Below are positions 1 to 17,143 of a stretch of 64,000 bases of DNA, one piece after another. A program made the translations under genes and the position numbers. The stretch's first letter is position 1. The number at the start of each line of letters is the position of its first letter. The notes under the pieces were generated by a model. That model was not told where the DNA came from. It searched no databases and saw nothing but the letters and a program-made list of their open reading frames with translations. The stretch lies in the NCBI RefSeq assembly GCF_009914755.1, contig NC_060930.1, one strand, 5' to 3'. This DNA is from the human T2T-CHM13v2.0 reference genome, Homo sapiens.

Positions 1-982
1 CTTCAGAGACATTAAGGAATTATTTTTATATGAATCATAAAAACCTTTTACAATTTTCTATATGATAACATATATCTCTTTCTTGCTATCCATCTTTCTA
101 TCTTCCTGTCTCTGGGCAATTTGCCTTTAAGAGGTTAAAACCTTGTACAAGATCATTCTAGAACCCTAGTCCCACATGGACGGCTTACCAACATGGAGTT
201 ATATGTTACAGAATTTAGCTGTGGTCTCAGTTGTCTGAATTTTAATATCTTCCCTATTATATGCTTTAAGGGATACTGCCCCAAACTAGCTTTTCCCCTT
301 CCCTTACTACTCATATTTAGGACTGCTGTTTGATCCTCAGCCTTTCCATTTGGGGTTTTGAATTCTAATTCACTGTATAAGGCTAGTCCTTAGCGCTTCT
401 GAGATTGTGACTCTGATACTTCAAGACTTCCATCACAGGAAGTTTTCCTGGTGCTACTTTACAAAGAGAGGCATAAGGAGTGGGTTTTTCTTGTGTGTTG
501 GTTAGCCATGACAAGAGCAAGATGCTATCCTATGGATGCTGGAAAGTAGAGATACCTTTTTCTAAGAAATCTGGCAGTGAACAGGAAGCAAGAGATCAGA
601 ATGTGGGTTAAAGCACTGGCAGGAAGGTGGGGTTTGTGTTTGTCTACACACAGAGGTGAGAGTTTGGGCAGCCACGTGGACTGAGGAGAAGTTGTCAGTG
701 GTGAAGGACAGAGTAAGATGAGGATTCACAATTAGCACTTTTCCAAAAAATACCCAGCTTTCAAGTCAGTCTGCCTTTAATAATGATGAAGTAGAGCATT
801 CCCAGTCATTTTGCTCATGGCTTTGCTTCACAGGGGCCCTTCCTTTACACCCCAGTTCTCCCAAAAAGTGCCATGGGGAATTCTTGGCTTTTTGTGGACA
901 TTACAGAAGTGGAAACTACCTGGAGGCTTGTAAGTGGTACCCCATAGGCAGTTTTGTTATGCCTATCCTGTCTTCTTCCTGC

Positions 983-1652
983 TGTTGGGGCTCGGAATAA
1001 GATACCCCAAAGTACGGCACATTGGTGTGCTGAGTACTTTGAACTAGACATGGGAACATAGGAAAGGCCGCTGGCTGCCTGACAAAAAAAAAAAAAACTG
1101 TGTGTGCATGCTTTTCAGCTGGCTGTAGGATATCAGCCAGAAACAAGGTCTTTCTGACCCTCTCGCATTTTCCCCTGAAGCAAGTCATGGAAAACAGAAT
1201 TCCTTTCCCCAAGGTGGGTCTCAGAAACCAGAACCACTCCGCCCCAAAGCAAATCATAAAACCTAAAAAGGTCACTCTCTCCCTTTTCCCTTGAAAACCT
1301 TATTTCATGGGAGTCCTGCCCTCTGCCCAGGAGGAAGAAATGCCACACAGTGAGGCCCAAAAAATCTGGACAGGCCTTGCTGGGTTTCTGTTTCAGTTTA
1401 TTACTATTGACTCATACCCTTTTGTTCAATCACATTTCTACACGCCCATCCTTTCTTCATCAAACCTAAGCATAAAATCAGACATTTTTCCCTGAGTCTT
1501 TAGATCTTCATTTTGAAAGCCTCCCATGTCACATCAAACTTTGATTAACTAAATTTGTTATGCTTTTCTCTTGTCACTCTGTCTCCTGTGATAGGAGTGT
1601 TAGCTGTGACCCTGATGAGTGAGGAAAGGCATCACACCTTTCTGTCTCCACA
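983..1652 (+). mobile_element. ERV1 solo LTR of the MER34/MER39/LTR29-like group
   Basis: TGTTGGGGCTC...ATACCCCAAAGTA start, ...CTCCACA end, 4-bp TSD CTGC on both sides. Confidence 0.75.
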
Positions 1653-2239
1653 CTGCGTTGCTAGAAGTTCAGCAGCAGCAGTAGGAGGAAGATCTCCAGT
1701 TTGCCTTTTGATGCAATGACAATTCTTTATTAAGGTGATAAAGTAAAACTGTTCCTATCAAAGCTGTGATTCAATCAAGCAGCTTTATGCAAACAGGTGC
1801 TGAGACCTGCAGCACAAGAGCACCAAGGGTGCCACGAGACTGTAGCACCAGCCACCACCACAATAGCTGCATTGTCTGCTGGTCAGTGAGTCAGATGAAA
1901 CCACAACTGTAGCTGGCACTCAACACGAAACAATCCATTTTTCACAATATTTGAGTTTCTGCCTGCTTTCTTCTTCTCTTTCTTCCCCATATGCCTTTTA
2001 TTGCATATGGACATAATGGGCACGCAATAAACACTTGCCAGCTGACTAAATCCTACAGCCAGCTGAAAAGCATGCACACACAGGTGGTTTCTTTTTTTCT
2101 TTTTTTGGCAGGCAGCCAGGTAATTATATAGCTTGACCAACTGTGAATACTTTACAAATTTAAAAGACACCCCCACCCCCACTTCATATTTTGTTCAAGA
2201 AAAACTTGCAGTTGTCCAAAAATGGCCTTGCAGCTATGG

Positions 2240-2572
2240 CCTGCCCTTCCTGTGCTCTTTCTCCCTGAACGCCTTTGTTCCCAACTCATCTTTCAATAGT
2301 CATCTCTGCTACCACCTCATTTCTGAAGTCCACTTCTCAGTCCTCAGCATTATCTTGCCCCCGGCTCGTGTGTGCCCACTATGCACAGAATGTGTGTTCA
2401 GAGTCCATCTCATTTTAAGGCACTCTTTGATTGACCTGTGTGTCTTCACTATTAGACTGGAAGTTCCTTGAAGGCAAGAACCCTGCCTTTCTGAGACCTG
2501 TCCTTTCACCGCTAGCCTTCTGGCACAAAGTAAATACTCAATGTTTGTCGAGTGAATGAATGAATGAATGAA
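2240..2572 (+). mobile_element. L2 3' end fragment
   Basis: ttagactggaagttccttgaaggcaag...tactcaatgtttgtcgagtgaatgaatgaa, typical L2 terminus. Confidence 0.7.
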
Positions 2573-2956
2573 AACAACACTCCAGAATACTGATCCTTAC
2601 ACCTCTACTCCCCACAATTGTATCAACAGACTATGGTTAATCTGTAGTGTTATATAATGGTTAGCATCTAGAACTTTATCTTCATATAAATATTTAGCAA
2701 CTGAATAGCAATCCATTAGCATTTCTATGAAGGTTTTAGCGCTATGTTTAGCTAGCTGATATAGCACCATTTCAGGGACCATAAAGTGTTTTATTGTCAC
2801 AACTATATTTATATTTTATTAAACTTCAGCCCTATGCATGGAATTGTTCTCTAGTTGTTCAGACAGAGTATTTAGCAGCCCTGTTTCAGTGGACCAGGTC
2901 TTCAGGTTCCATAACATTCTCCAGGCACCAACTCTCCAGCCCATCTACACCACTAG

Positions 2957-3262
<306 letters not shown>

Positions 3263-3267
3263 TAGCA

Positions 3268-3570
3268 TTTTTTTTGGCTTTTGTTTTTGTTTTTTTTTTC
3301 AGACGGAGTCTGGCTCTGTCGCCAGGCTGGAGTGCAGTGGCATGATCTCGGCTCACTCTCCACCTCCCAGGTTCAAGCGATTCTCCTGCCTCAGCGTCCG
3401 GAGTAGCTGGGACTATAGGCGTGCACCACCATACCTGGGTAATTTTTGTATTTTTAGTAGAGACGGGATTTCACCATGTTGGCCTGGATGGTCTCGATCT
3501 CGTGACCCCGTGATCTGCCTGTCTCGGCATCCCAAAGTGGGATTACAGGCATGAGCCACTACACCCGGCC
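3268..3570 (-). mobile_element. Alu (AluSc-like)
   Basis: Full dimer, ctctgtcgccaggctgg diagnostic, TSD ggttagc. Confidence 0.9.
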
Positions 3571-4214
3571 AGGTTAGCTTTACTCTCCCTTCTCTCTCTT
3601 GCCTTTACATCCAAGGTTTTACAGCACCCTGGATTATATTTCACTAGGTTTGTATCCTGCCTTAGACTGGGAGCATGTTGGGAGCAGGAGTGTCTGTATC
3701 ATGGGTGCCAGTGCTCAGTAGAGGTTACAGGATGCCCCAGGAAGGAGATGCAGGAACTTAGCAGAAGGCTCACCTCCTATAACCTCCCAGAGGGCATGTC
3801 CCAGGGAGAGTTCTGGTGTGGTGTTTCCAGCCCACCAAATGTCCAACATGCTGCTCCTTGGCATTGGACCCTGCATGGCCATGCCTGTATTGACAAATAC
3901 TGGGTACAAGGCTTATCTAGCCACTATCTCCCACCCCTCCCCTGCACCCTGATCCTCTCCTCAGCACACAGTGAAACTCAGACAAAAAGGAACTTTGGCC
4001 TCTCTCAACACCTATTATTATTTGAATTTTCTACGGAAAAAATATAGAAATGTTGCGATCTTTCTTTGTTAGTTTTCCAACCCCGGGTTTGATTTAGTAG
4101 CAATTTCACAGACATCCTTTCCTGAAACTAATATTCTTCCACTCCTATTGGCTGAGGAGTTAATAAGAGGAGACACTGTTTAAATTTGCATGTTAGTACT
4201 CCCCTGTGCTTTGA

Positions 4215-4580
<366 letters not shown>

Positions 4581-4621
4581 TTCTTTCTGCTCTTCCTTTT
4601 ATCCTTTCTTCCTTTCTTTCC

Positions 4622-4653
<32 letters not shown>

Positions 4654-4925
4654 TCTCGCTCTTTCGCCCAGGCTGGAGTGCAGTGGCACAATCTCAGCTC
4701 ACTGCAACCTCTGTCCCTGGGTTCAAGCAATTCTCCTGCCTCAGCCTTCTGAGTAGCTGGGATTACAGGTGCCTATCACCACGCCTGGCTAATTTTTATA
4801 CTTTTAGTAGAGACAGGGTTTCACCATGTTGGCCAGGCTGGTCTTGGACTCCTGACCTCTGGTGATCCACCCACCTCGGCCTCCCAAAGTGCTGGGATTA
4901 CAGGCGTGAGCTATCGCACCCAGCC
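4622..4925 (-). mobile_element. AluS
   Basis: Full dimer, TSD tcctttcttcctttctt. Confidence 0.92.
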
Positions 4926-5579
4926 TCCTTTCTTCCTTTCTTCAATTCAAAACTTTCATCAGGATAAGTCTGGTGCATTTTCTTCTAAATTTTTCTGCTA
5001 CTTGTTGAGTTCTTTTTCCATTCAGGAAAGATTTCCTCTAATATTTTTGTCTATTTGTTTAGACACAGTTATTTATATGTTAGTTTAATATATTCATTTC
5101 CTCTTTCATCTCTAGCTTCTCATCCTTTTCATCTGCATCCTAGAAGAACTTCTCATATTCATCCTCCACATCACAGATTTCAGATGATGATTCTGCTGTT
5201 GCAGTTTCATTCCCTTCCACTCTACACGTCATTGATCTATTTGCATCTCAGTTCTCAGCAAGCTCTATCTTCACCTCAGTTTATTCTTATCATCAGATGT
5301 GGTTTACATCTTTTGCCACAGAGTCTATCTTAAAAAACTATATTGAGAACAGAAATCAGATGCTTTCCATAATTTATTTATGTTTCCTATAAATAGAAAT
5401 CTTAGAATGCATCCTTTTCCTCTGTATTTGAAACATACTTGCCAATAACCAGATTTGCAGCATTGCAAATAACCTAGCCCCTAAATTTGCAGCATAACCT
5501 AGCCCCTAAATCAGTTATGATATTTTTGACTGTGATACAGTTTTTTTTTAATCACAATTGATGTCCCATTCCAAGACTG

Positions 5580-6341
<762 letters not shown>

Positions 6342-6346
6342 GACTG

Positions 6347-6760
6347 CAAGAACCCCAAGCCCTGATAAACAGAAGCTTACATCATAGTGGCATTTATTGC
6401 TTAATTAACTAAAAGACCAAGTTGGGTTTGGTGTCTCCAAAGACTCACACTGTACCCATCCTCCTGTTCCCGTTTCCTCAAAGGATTGTCTGTTGTCCCC
6501 TGGCTTGTCACCATATGTGCAAGGTGGCTGCCGCAGCTCCAGGAATTACGTTCCCTCACAACCACATCCATAGGCAGGAGACAATAGAAGGAGGCTTGGG
6601 ACAAGGATTTATCCTCCTGTGGCTCTCTCCTTTTATCAGGAGGAAAACTTTCAAGAAGCAACCTGGAAGACTTACTTAATATCTCATTGACCAGAGCCAG
6701 TGGGTGACTGGTCAAACTTGGCTGTGAGAGAGATTGACAAGTGCATGTCTGAATCTTTTA
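6347..6760 (-). mobile_element. Old MLT1 (J/K/L-like) LTR relic
   Basis: caaggtggctgccgcagctccaggaattac...tctcattgaccagagc motifs typical of antisense MLT1. Confidence 0.55.
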
Positions 6761-7262
6761 GTTACCCATGTAGGAAAAGTAGAAAATCAGAGGGGAGTTG
6801 GAATGGCTGTGGTATATTCAGTGTCTGACACACCTTATTCTAGCCACCTGGTTGCAGTTAGAAACTCCTCTCAGGTCTTTTGCACTGGAGGTGCAATTGA
6901 TGTGCACAGCTGCTGGCCAACTTTCTGATGTCTGTATGTTATTTTTCTGGTGTGGTTCCATTGAACCAAGAAAGGAACTTTTTAATTTTTTTTTCTTCCA
7001 CTTTTTGGTCCCCTGATTACAAATGAGGGAGATCATTCCTGGATTATTTAAAGCAGTCTGTATTTCTTTACTTGTCAAAAACAGTGGGTGCAAAACAAAC
7101 TTCTAGAGTGCATTGCTCCAGTGGCTCTGAAAGGCTTTGTCTCTTCTTAACACTAGTTTCATATTTCAAAATGCAGTGAGTCACTGTCTTGCCTATCCAG
7201 CCCAGAGTTGTTGAAATCATGGAAATTGGAGTCCCTGAAGAGATACAGAAAGAGAAATGACA

Positions 7263-7414
7263 AGGCACAGTGGCTCACACCTGTAATCCCAGTGCTTTGG
7301 GAGGCAAGGCAGGAGGATTGCTTGTGGCCAGAAGTTCAAGGCTGCAGTAAGCTATGATTTTACCTCTGCCCTTCAGCCAGGGCAACAAAGCAAGTTGTGT
7401 CAAACAAAAAAAAA
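7263..7414 (+). mobile_element. Alu monomer (FAM/FRAM-like)
   Basis: Single-arm Alu ending in an A-rich tail. Confidence 0.8.
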
Positions 7415-8551
7415 GAGAGAGAGAGAGAAAGAAAGGGAAGTGATAATGACAGGATGGGGGATGGGATTGGAAGAATCAGGTGTTAGGGCAAGAAATTCTG
7501 ACCCTCAGAGAAAGCAGCCTGAGGGTCTGAGGAGCTCTTTCCCTTCCTTGCTTGGTGAAGGTTCCATCTCTGTCAAATGAGGATGCACAGCGGCAGTCTA
7601 CGGGAATCCAACATTTTACGGCCCAATCTTATACATTAGGCTCCCCATTTTATTTACTGTTAAATCCTAACTCATTGACAAATATTCGGGCTTTCAATGC
7701 TGTGGTGATTTTGCACTTCTGTCTGCATTTTTGTGGAGACTTTCGATGATAGATGGTAAAGAGGGAGGGAACCTGGAGAATAAACCCGCAGCTGTCTTTC
7801 CTAGAGTCCCCTGGCGTCTCCAGGAAGGGGATGCTCAATGTGTGTGAGCCTTGGTGAGCCATGGACATTTGAAAACCGACATCTCCGAAAGGATCCCCAG
7901 TCCACTGAAGATTATTTAATGTTGAAAAAATAGTAAAAGATGTATCTGTACTTCTCAATTTCAAATGTATATAAATGGGATGGAAAGTTGTTTTTTAAAA
8001 AATTCAGTGTGCTAGTGAGTACATAGCAACTTTCTCTCACTCTATATTTTCTAATCAATAAATATAAAACTGCGAAGACAATTTTGTGAGGATTTGAAGT
8101 TGTTTTTATATTTTAAAAGGAGTTGCTGCACTCAATAATGGTTGAGAATCACCAGTAGTGCTTTTTAAATTATTTAATTAGGGAAATGAAATGGGAAGAA
8201 CATAAACTATATTGTGAAGGCTGTGGATGAAGGTCCTTTTAGGAAGAGCAATTTACTAAAATTAATACCTGAATGGCCACCTGAACACTAAGGGTTAAGC
8301 TCACCGTTATCATGTTGATAATGGACAGGTGGCCTATGGGAGAGAGCGAGAGGGAGAGAGAAAAGGCTAAAGTGCTCTATCGAATACAAAGGAGGGATTT
8401 TGATGAGAAAGAGAGTGAGACAGAGAAAGAGAAAGAGAGAATGAAAGGCTAAGAGAGCCCAGAAATAGAAAAAAAAAAAAAGTAGAAGAAAAGGTCAGGA
8501 CAAGTTGTCGAGTTGTGGGGAATGGGGAAAGGGAGAGACACCAAGAGCTCA

Positions 8552-8952
<401 letters not shown>

Positions 8953-9199
8953 TTATGGTGGATTTGACAAGAGAATTTTCAGGATGGGCCTACCTAATAT
9001 TCAATTGCACTACAGCACTCTTCAAATTCTTAGTTAAAATCTACAAAGAGCTTATATGAATGGGATTCAAGAATATGAAGGAAAGGGGGCTGCTGTCATC
9101 TAAGAATGGATTGGAGCAGGGATAAGAGAAAAGACCAGTTGCTGGAAGTGGAGGGCAAGGACCCAGAAAAAGCAGGAAGTTGGTGCAGGAGGGTGATCA

Positions 9200-9799
<600 letters not shown>

Positions 9800-10331
9800 T
9801 CACAAAAGTTTTGTGACATCCTTTGTAAGCTAAGGAAGCTGTGCCTGCTGCCAGCTTCAGATTCCTTTGTCATCCTCTTTCCCTGCTTTGAACTCTGTGC
9901 TCCCAGAATTCCGAAGTATTGGAAGCTCCCTGAACGTGCCATTCTCTCTTCTCCAAACATGTTCAAGCTATTTTCCCTCCTTAGAATGCTCCATAAAACT
10001 ACTGGCCTCAGTTACACGTGCTCGGCTCAACTTAGCCATCCTGTCTTCCAGGAGTCTCCAGGGACTGGCTGAACTTCCCCCTTTGCTATCATAGATATTA
10101 CACATAATACATGTATAATATCAAGCCATCTCCTCCATCAAAGGATTCCTGATCCCTCATCGCTCTCCACTAATTGGCAGTAAGCACCTGCACTGTGAGG
10201 ATGCCTTTCGTTTCTCACCAGACTCCAGGGTCTGGCATCATATCTGATTCCTACTATCCACTCAGTATTTGCTGAATGGTTATCTTGCAGTTAGTTCGAT
10301 TTTTATTTTTTTGATAAGTTGGTAAAACCTA

Positions 10332-10661
<330 letters not shown>

Positions 10662-11369
10662 TTAGATACATTTTTTTTTTAACCCTGAAGCATCCAGCAC
10701 TGTGCCTCTCATGTAGTAGGTGCCCAATATGTATTTGCAGAAGTAAAATGCTCTTTAGTTCAGCAATCGCTTCTTTACTCATTGACTCCTTCAACAATTA
10801 AGCATGAACTATGTGCCAGCACTGTCTGGCAGGCAAGTTTCATTGACGGCTATTGCAATCAGCCTTCATGGTTGCTGGCAGCATCGTGTTGAGATGTTTC
10901 CTAGGTTACATCTGGATTTAATGGCACTAGAAGGTGGTACTTGTGCCACATGGATGTGATCCCTCATGTGTAGGCTGGAAATACAGAGAAAAAGGCATGA
11001 TTCCTACCTATTATGAATTGCACAGAACTTTCCAAGCACTGTCAGTCAGCTCAGAGCTCTGATAGGTGCATGAAATATATATTTTATCGAGAAACTTATA
11101 ATCTTATAGAAAAATACAAGTTACATAAAAAGTTAGGGAATTAACTAAAACAGAATGCAAACAAGTCCTGAAATGAGTGTAACTGGAATCCAAATTCACA
11201 GATTGGAAAGTAGAAGCATTATTGCTGGCTGGTAATATGGGTCAAGAGAGCAAACCTGGACTGGATTTAGGAAAGTAAGGTTCAGATCACTGTGCTGTCC
11301 TCTAATATCTGTGCTACCCAAGACAAGTCCCTTTGCTTCTTTCCAGGAGGAACCTGGGCTTGAAGGTGA

Positions 11370-11640
11370 AGAACAGTGTGGAATCAGAGTCCTAATTAGT
11401 TACCGGCTAGACTTTGATAAGTCCCTTAAGGTTTGTTTCTCTCTGTGTCCTCATTCACAAGATAAAGATAATAATATTACCTCCTTCATAGAGTTGTAAG
11501 AATGAATGAGACAGAAGAGACCCTGGTACCTGGTAGTAAATGATTGGTAAATGTTAGCTGTTGTTCTTAGCCTCAGTTTCCTTATCTGTGAACTGGGGTG
11601 CCTCATGGGGTTGCTGTAAAGATCTGAAGGGATTACAGTA
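11370..11640 (+). mobile_element. MIR fragments
   Basis: cctcagtttccttatctgtgaactgggg core and aataatattacctccttcatagagttgtaag. Confidence 0.6.
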
Positions 11641-12436
11641 GTAGAACCACTTGGCCCACAAGAATCATTTAACAAAAGCTCCTTTAATCTGAATCTAGAA
11701 GGTAAAATCTTCATAATACGGAGGTAAAGCTTTGAAACAGTCTTTTACTGATAGCAACAGAAATAAAATAATACCTTATTTCCAGCATAACAATTGTGTC
11801 TTTCATAAATTCTTGAATTCCTTTGCTTTCAAAATTGGCAGTACCTACATAATTGGGCTTGCAGCATGAAAAATTCCTCCTGTGATTTTGTCTGAAGGTT
11901 TCTGCAGCTTAGTTTCCCAATATAAATAAAACATTTCATTAGTGTGAGGATGCTCTCTCACCACACAAATTGACCCTAATTACAACTTCCATTTCCCCTG
12001 TTCTTGAAAAACTTTGCACATCTGAAGCTGAGCTGTCATGGTTTTTTAATTAGTATTACTCATAACTCCCAACTCTAACTTCCATAAAGTGTGGAAATGT
12101 GTGTGGGAGCAAGACATTTTGTATAAAATAATAATGGGCACTGCTAACAGCTCCAGAGCCCAGTGATGCCAGGCAGACCTGAGTCATGAGTTGTCTGAGA
12201 AGCAGCTACTTCCAAGGCAATCACAATTTAACAGTTTAAAATTAAATTACACTTGCTTTACTTAAAAAATATATTCCTAAAAGTCAAACAAGAATTGCAT
12301 TTTTCTCCGTGGAATTTTGGCAAAACAGTATAAAATAAATCATTGTTCAAAAATAATGAAATCTCCTAAAACTAGAATGATGTAATAAATTATTTTAGTC
12401 TTACTATTATTTCTACTAAGTTGTTTAGAATAATTA

Positions 12437-12732
12437 GGTGGGCAGCGGTGCCTCACGCCTATAATCCCAGCACTTTGGGAGGCTGAGGCGGGTGAATTGC
12501 TTGAGGCCAGGAGTTCGAGACCAGCCTGGGCAACATGGTGAAACCGTCTCTACTAAAAAAATATATATATATACAAAAATTAGCCGGGTGTGGTGGTGAG
12601 TGCCTGTAATCCCAGCTTCTCGGGTGGCTGAGGCACGAAAACTACTTGAACCCAGGAGGTGGAGGTTGCGGTGAGCTGAGGCTATACTCCAGCCTGGATG
12701 ACAGAGCAAAACTCTGTCTTACATTTTTAAAA
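12437..12732 (+). mobile_element. Alu (J/S)
   Basis: Full dimer, TSD agaat(a/g)attag. Confidence 0.9.
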
Positions 12733-14232
12733 AGAATGATTAGTATTACTGGGGCATAGTCATTTAGCAAATGCATAAAATAAGTGTGCTACAACATGGG
12801 AAGAAAAATGATACCAGTGTGCAAAGGCAAAACAAAATAATACAGAAAAAAAATTTGAATTTATGATTTACTCTAAAGGTAATATATTTGACTCAGTTTC
12901 AGCTGGGAAGTATTTTGGGGGATGTCACGTTCAGTGACATTAACTGATATTGAGTACTTTTGAAGGGAAGAAGGGATGAAAAATCATCCGCATTTGATAT
13001 TTGGTCAAATAGCCTCTTGGGAAGGAGCCAATTCCAACTTTTCCTTTCTCATCACCATAACTTGGTATCTTTTAAGTGGCTTCCATTGCATTAATTTTTT
13101 CAATAACTCATCCTTCTGGGGGAGACTGTTCATGAGAAAAAATACTGAATGAAGGAGCTCTGACTCTATTCAATTTTAAAATCTTATATAACCCGTTCTT
13201 GCTCATACACTGAGTAAATAGCTGTTTCAACTGTTGCATAGTAATGGAGGGCCCTTTAGAGCTCTCAGAACTTTTTTAACCCAAAGGCTAGATAGTACCG
13301 AGAAAATGCTCCCTATGAAACCGTGATTCTAAAATGAACTATTCTTGAATGAATAATAAAATCCTACATACCTACAGCAATTAAAAATTGCAATTTCAAG
13401 TTGGTGGATTCATCTTTTATCTACACATGCAAATCTCAGCTTCCTTCGGCTGCTCCAAGGTAGATTCAGTGTATTTTGAGTTCTGTCTCTACCAACTAGT
13501 GTAAGCTCTAGACCACTAAAGACCACCCTCTTGAGAATTCACAGGAAAGATACCCTGTGGGCTCATATTCAGGTCCTATCAGCTACCACCAGGCCTATTC
13601 CTGGGCTCTCAGCTGCTTCAGCAACTGTTGGTAATCTGACAGAGAGAACGGTGATGTTGAGAATATTTAACAACTAGGACAGAGGCACCGACCTATCAGA
13701 ATGGCTGTAAAAACTGGTTCAGGCATGCTGGTATGCACCAGCTAATCTCAGCCTGCTCAGATGGGCCCAACCTCTTGGCCGGCTGCTCTCAGGCTGGCTT
13801 GGTCTGGCTCTGCCAGGCCCTGGCAGGGCAGGCTTCCTGCAGCGTGTGTCTGCTGCTGCTTCAGAGCCTGGGAGGGGGTCTGTGGCAACCTCTCTGCTCT
13901 CTCTGGGTGACACATCCTTAGAGAGGAGCAAGACCACTGCCGCGTACGATGCATAGCACCCAGAGTTTGCAGAGAAACATCTCCCACCATGTTCGCAGCC
14001 TTTTCCCTTCCCAAGAGATCCCAGAGGAGCCATTTGCCCAGTGCTCACAGTGGTGAAAAGCCTCAAATCTAGACTTTTGATGTGATTTCCAAGTGAGGTT
14101 AAATGTACAGTCACAGAGATACGCTGACTGGACTGAAAGGGGAGATATTTATGTTTAAATCTGGTCTCATGACCACACAGAAGAGCAAGTGGTCCTCCAT
14201 AAATGAACACGTCTAAAAATCCTGTCATTTCC

Positions 14233-14516
14233 AGCCAGGCACTGTGGATCACACCCGTAATCCCAGCAGTTTGGGAGGCCAAGGTAGGCGGATCACCTGA
14301 GGTTAGGAGTTGGAGACCAGCCTGGCCAGCATGGTAAAACCCCATCTCTACTAAAAATACAAAAATTAGCCAGCTGCTCAGGATGCTGAGGCACAAAAAT
14401 CACTTGAAACTGGGAGGCAGAGGTTGCAGTGAGCCAAGATCGCGCCATCTTACTCCAGCCTAGGTGACAGAGCGAGACTTCATCTCAGAAAAAACAAAAC
14501 AACAACAACAAAAAAA
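14233..14516 (+). mobile_element. AluS with internal deletion in the right arm
   Basis: Alu dimer lacking the gggcgtggtggc...gtaatc segment; TSD cctgt(c/t)atttc. Confidence 0.88.
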
Positions 14517-16837
14517 CCTGTTATTTCCTTGGAAATACGTATCACAGTAGACACAATCATTGTTATCAGATGTTGACTTGTTAAATACATATGTTTTTAA
14601 AACACTATAATTTTTGTCACGGGTTTTGATGCTTAATTGTTTTTAATATATAGAAAGTGTGGAAAAATGGGAATGGCCCAGCATCAAAAACTCTGAGATG
14701 CCTGGGTCTGCCCAAGGTAACTGGCCTCTTACTAGAATCTGTCTTCTCACAACCAAAGCTCTGACATCTGCCCAAGCTGGTTGGCCTGACTCCCTCTTCC
14801 CTAAGGATGAGTTTGTTTCCAAGTCTCCGTCTCTTTTACAAGTTGACTTCCCCTAGAGCTGACTGACGAAGCCTGAGAAAGCCAGGCCTGACGAAATTCC
14901 AGGGGGCCCATTTTAAGCTAAACCCGGGAGAACAGCACTCAGTAGGAACTTAGTTACAGTTACATCTTACATACTCACCACCTGCCCAGCTTCCATTTAG
15001 GAAAAAGGAGTTCACAGCTTTAAAAGCGTTTTGAGAACAACTGCCTTAGAATGTTCATCTGCTGAGCAGAAGCGTGTATTTCTTAAATTCCAGACTGTGG
15101 CATCTTCAGAGGGGATAAAGGACAGTCCTTTCAGCTGAGTTCGTGAGTCCCGTTCTTCATGTTCTGGGTCCCAGTGCCAGAGAGTTCTGCAGTGCTGACA
15201 ACCTGCACTCATACAGTAAATATTGTTCTTGTTTTCTGAACCTTTGGACAGTTGGGGGTGAAGGGAAACTTAAGAGGACTCTGTCCCCAGCCAATTGTTT
15301 GGATCATGAAATAAAGGAAGCCTGGGAGCTGAAGTAGAAGTCAGTATTGAATCTCCTGGGCCAGAGGCCACCAGGGTCAGTTCTGCACCATCCTCTGTGT
15401 GACCGTGGGCCGATCACACATCTTTTGACCTCAGATTTCCCTTGTGTGAGTTGCTCCATCCGTCTAATATCTCACTTCATTTATATCTGTTGTCAACTCT
15501 AGGCACCAGAATTTCAAACTGAGCTTAATCCTGTCCTATATTAAGATGGATTGGAACATGTCCATGAAAGCTGAAAAAATTTACTAAAAATGTAACCACT
15601 TTGAGTCATAGCTTATTGAAAATGAATTAAGTTCATTAGCTTCTAGTCATTGGAACAAAGCATTCTTTTCAGTTAAAGAGGGTTAGTCAAGAAAGACCTA
15701 CCAAAATTTTTCACTGTGCACAATAGCATCAAGGGAGTTCAACTGCAGACCTTAGGGGGTTGGTTTTGTTTTGTTTTTCAGTATCTCACATGATTTAATT
15801 ACCTTGTCCTGAGTTATATAACTCATTCCTCTTTGTGCTTTGATTTTTCCATCTAGGAATGTAGAAAAGCTTGCTACCTTCAAATGCAGACATATTGTGA
15901 TAATTGTTGAGCATAATTTAAATACTCTGAATGTCTTAAATGAAAACTATGGAAGTTGAAAATATGAAGAAGCCAAAAGGAGTATTTGACAAATATTACC
16001 TCATTAAATCTCAACACCTTCATAAAATAGATGAAGATACAATCCCAATATTAATGAATGGAGACTTTAAGTAACTTAAGAAAACCATACAGCAAGTCTG
16101 CACTATGCATTCATTTATACATATGTATGTATAATTGCTTTTGGGTGCCAAAAGATGTTTAAGATAAGTTAAGAAAATTTACAAAAGTAGAAAATAAAAG
16201 GTTTGCATTCATCTAAATGCAGATTATGTATAGCACAAATCAAAGTTGTATTCATCTGACATTTTAAGGAAACATTCAGGCTTTCTCTTCTACAAAATGA
16301 AAGTTAATTTAAAATTAAATTTGAAAGATAATTTATGGTACTTATTCATTTATTATTTCTTTACAACATAAACAGTTGCACTTTAAGTTGAATTTTGTGC
16401 ATGTAACCAACTATTGCAAATGTAAATACACATTATCTTTCTTCTGGATAATTGTGAATTTGTACAATATAAGCTATTAAGAGCACATTGTACCTTCAAA
16501 GCCATATCAAAATAAACAGTCCATTTTTAATGGTTACTACAAAGGCTCTTCCTAGGCAGTTTCTTTTCATCTTCTTTGTGACATTATCACTGACTGTATT
16601 TAGTGAGCCCTTTTGTTAACATCACCACCTCAGCTTGCTCTGCAGTCTAGACTGCAGCTCATGTTCCCAGGAATTTGGAGAAAAGAACTTTGCAACTCTT
16701 TCCCTTTATCTCCAAATATAAGTTTCCCTTGCCTGCTCTTAGGGAACTTGTGGGCCAATGAGTAGCAAGCGCTTAGGGAAAAGGGTACTTCTGCATAGGA
16801 GAGGACAGGCCATATTGAAAGATGACCCCAGATATTC

Positions 16838-17143
16838 TTTTATTATTATTATTATTATTATGTTAGACAGAGTTTCACTCTGTCACCCAGGCTGGAGTGC
16901 AGTGTCATGATCTCAGCTCACTGTAACCTGCAAGTGATTCTTGTACCTCAGCCTCCTGAGTAGCTGAGATTACAGGCATGTGCCACTATGCTCAGCTAAT
17001 TTTTTTATTTTTCTGTATTTTTAGTAGAGATAGGGTTTCCGCTCTGTTGGCCAGGCTTGTCTTGAACTCCTGGCCTCAAGTGATCTGCCCACCTTGGCCT
17101 CCCAAAGTGCTGAGATTACAGGCATGAGCCACCACGCCCGGCC
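16838..17143 (-). mobile_element. Alu with (ATT)n tail
   Basis: Alu dimer, TSD attctt. Confidence 0.9.

Noticed and set aside
13719-14396. 225-aa minus-strand ORF, the longest in the track
   Set aside because: Starts inside an antisense Alu, with no recognisable domain or GLUT12 similarity; chance intronic ORF
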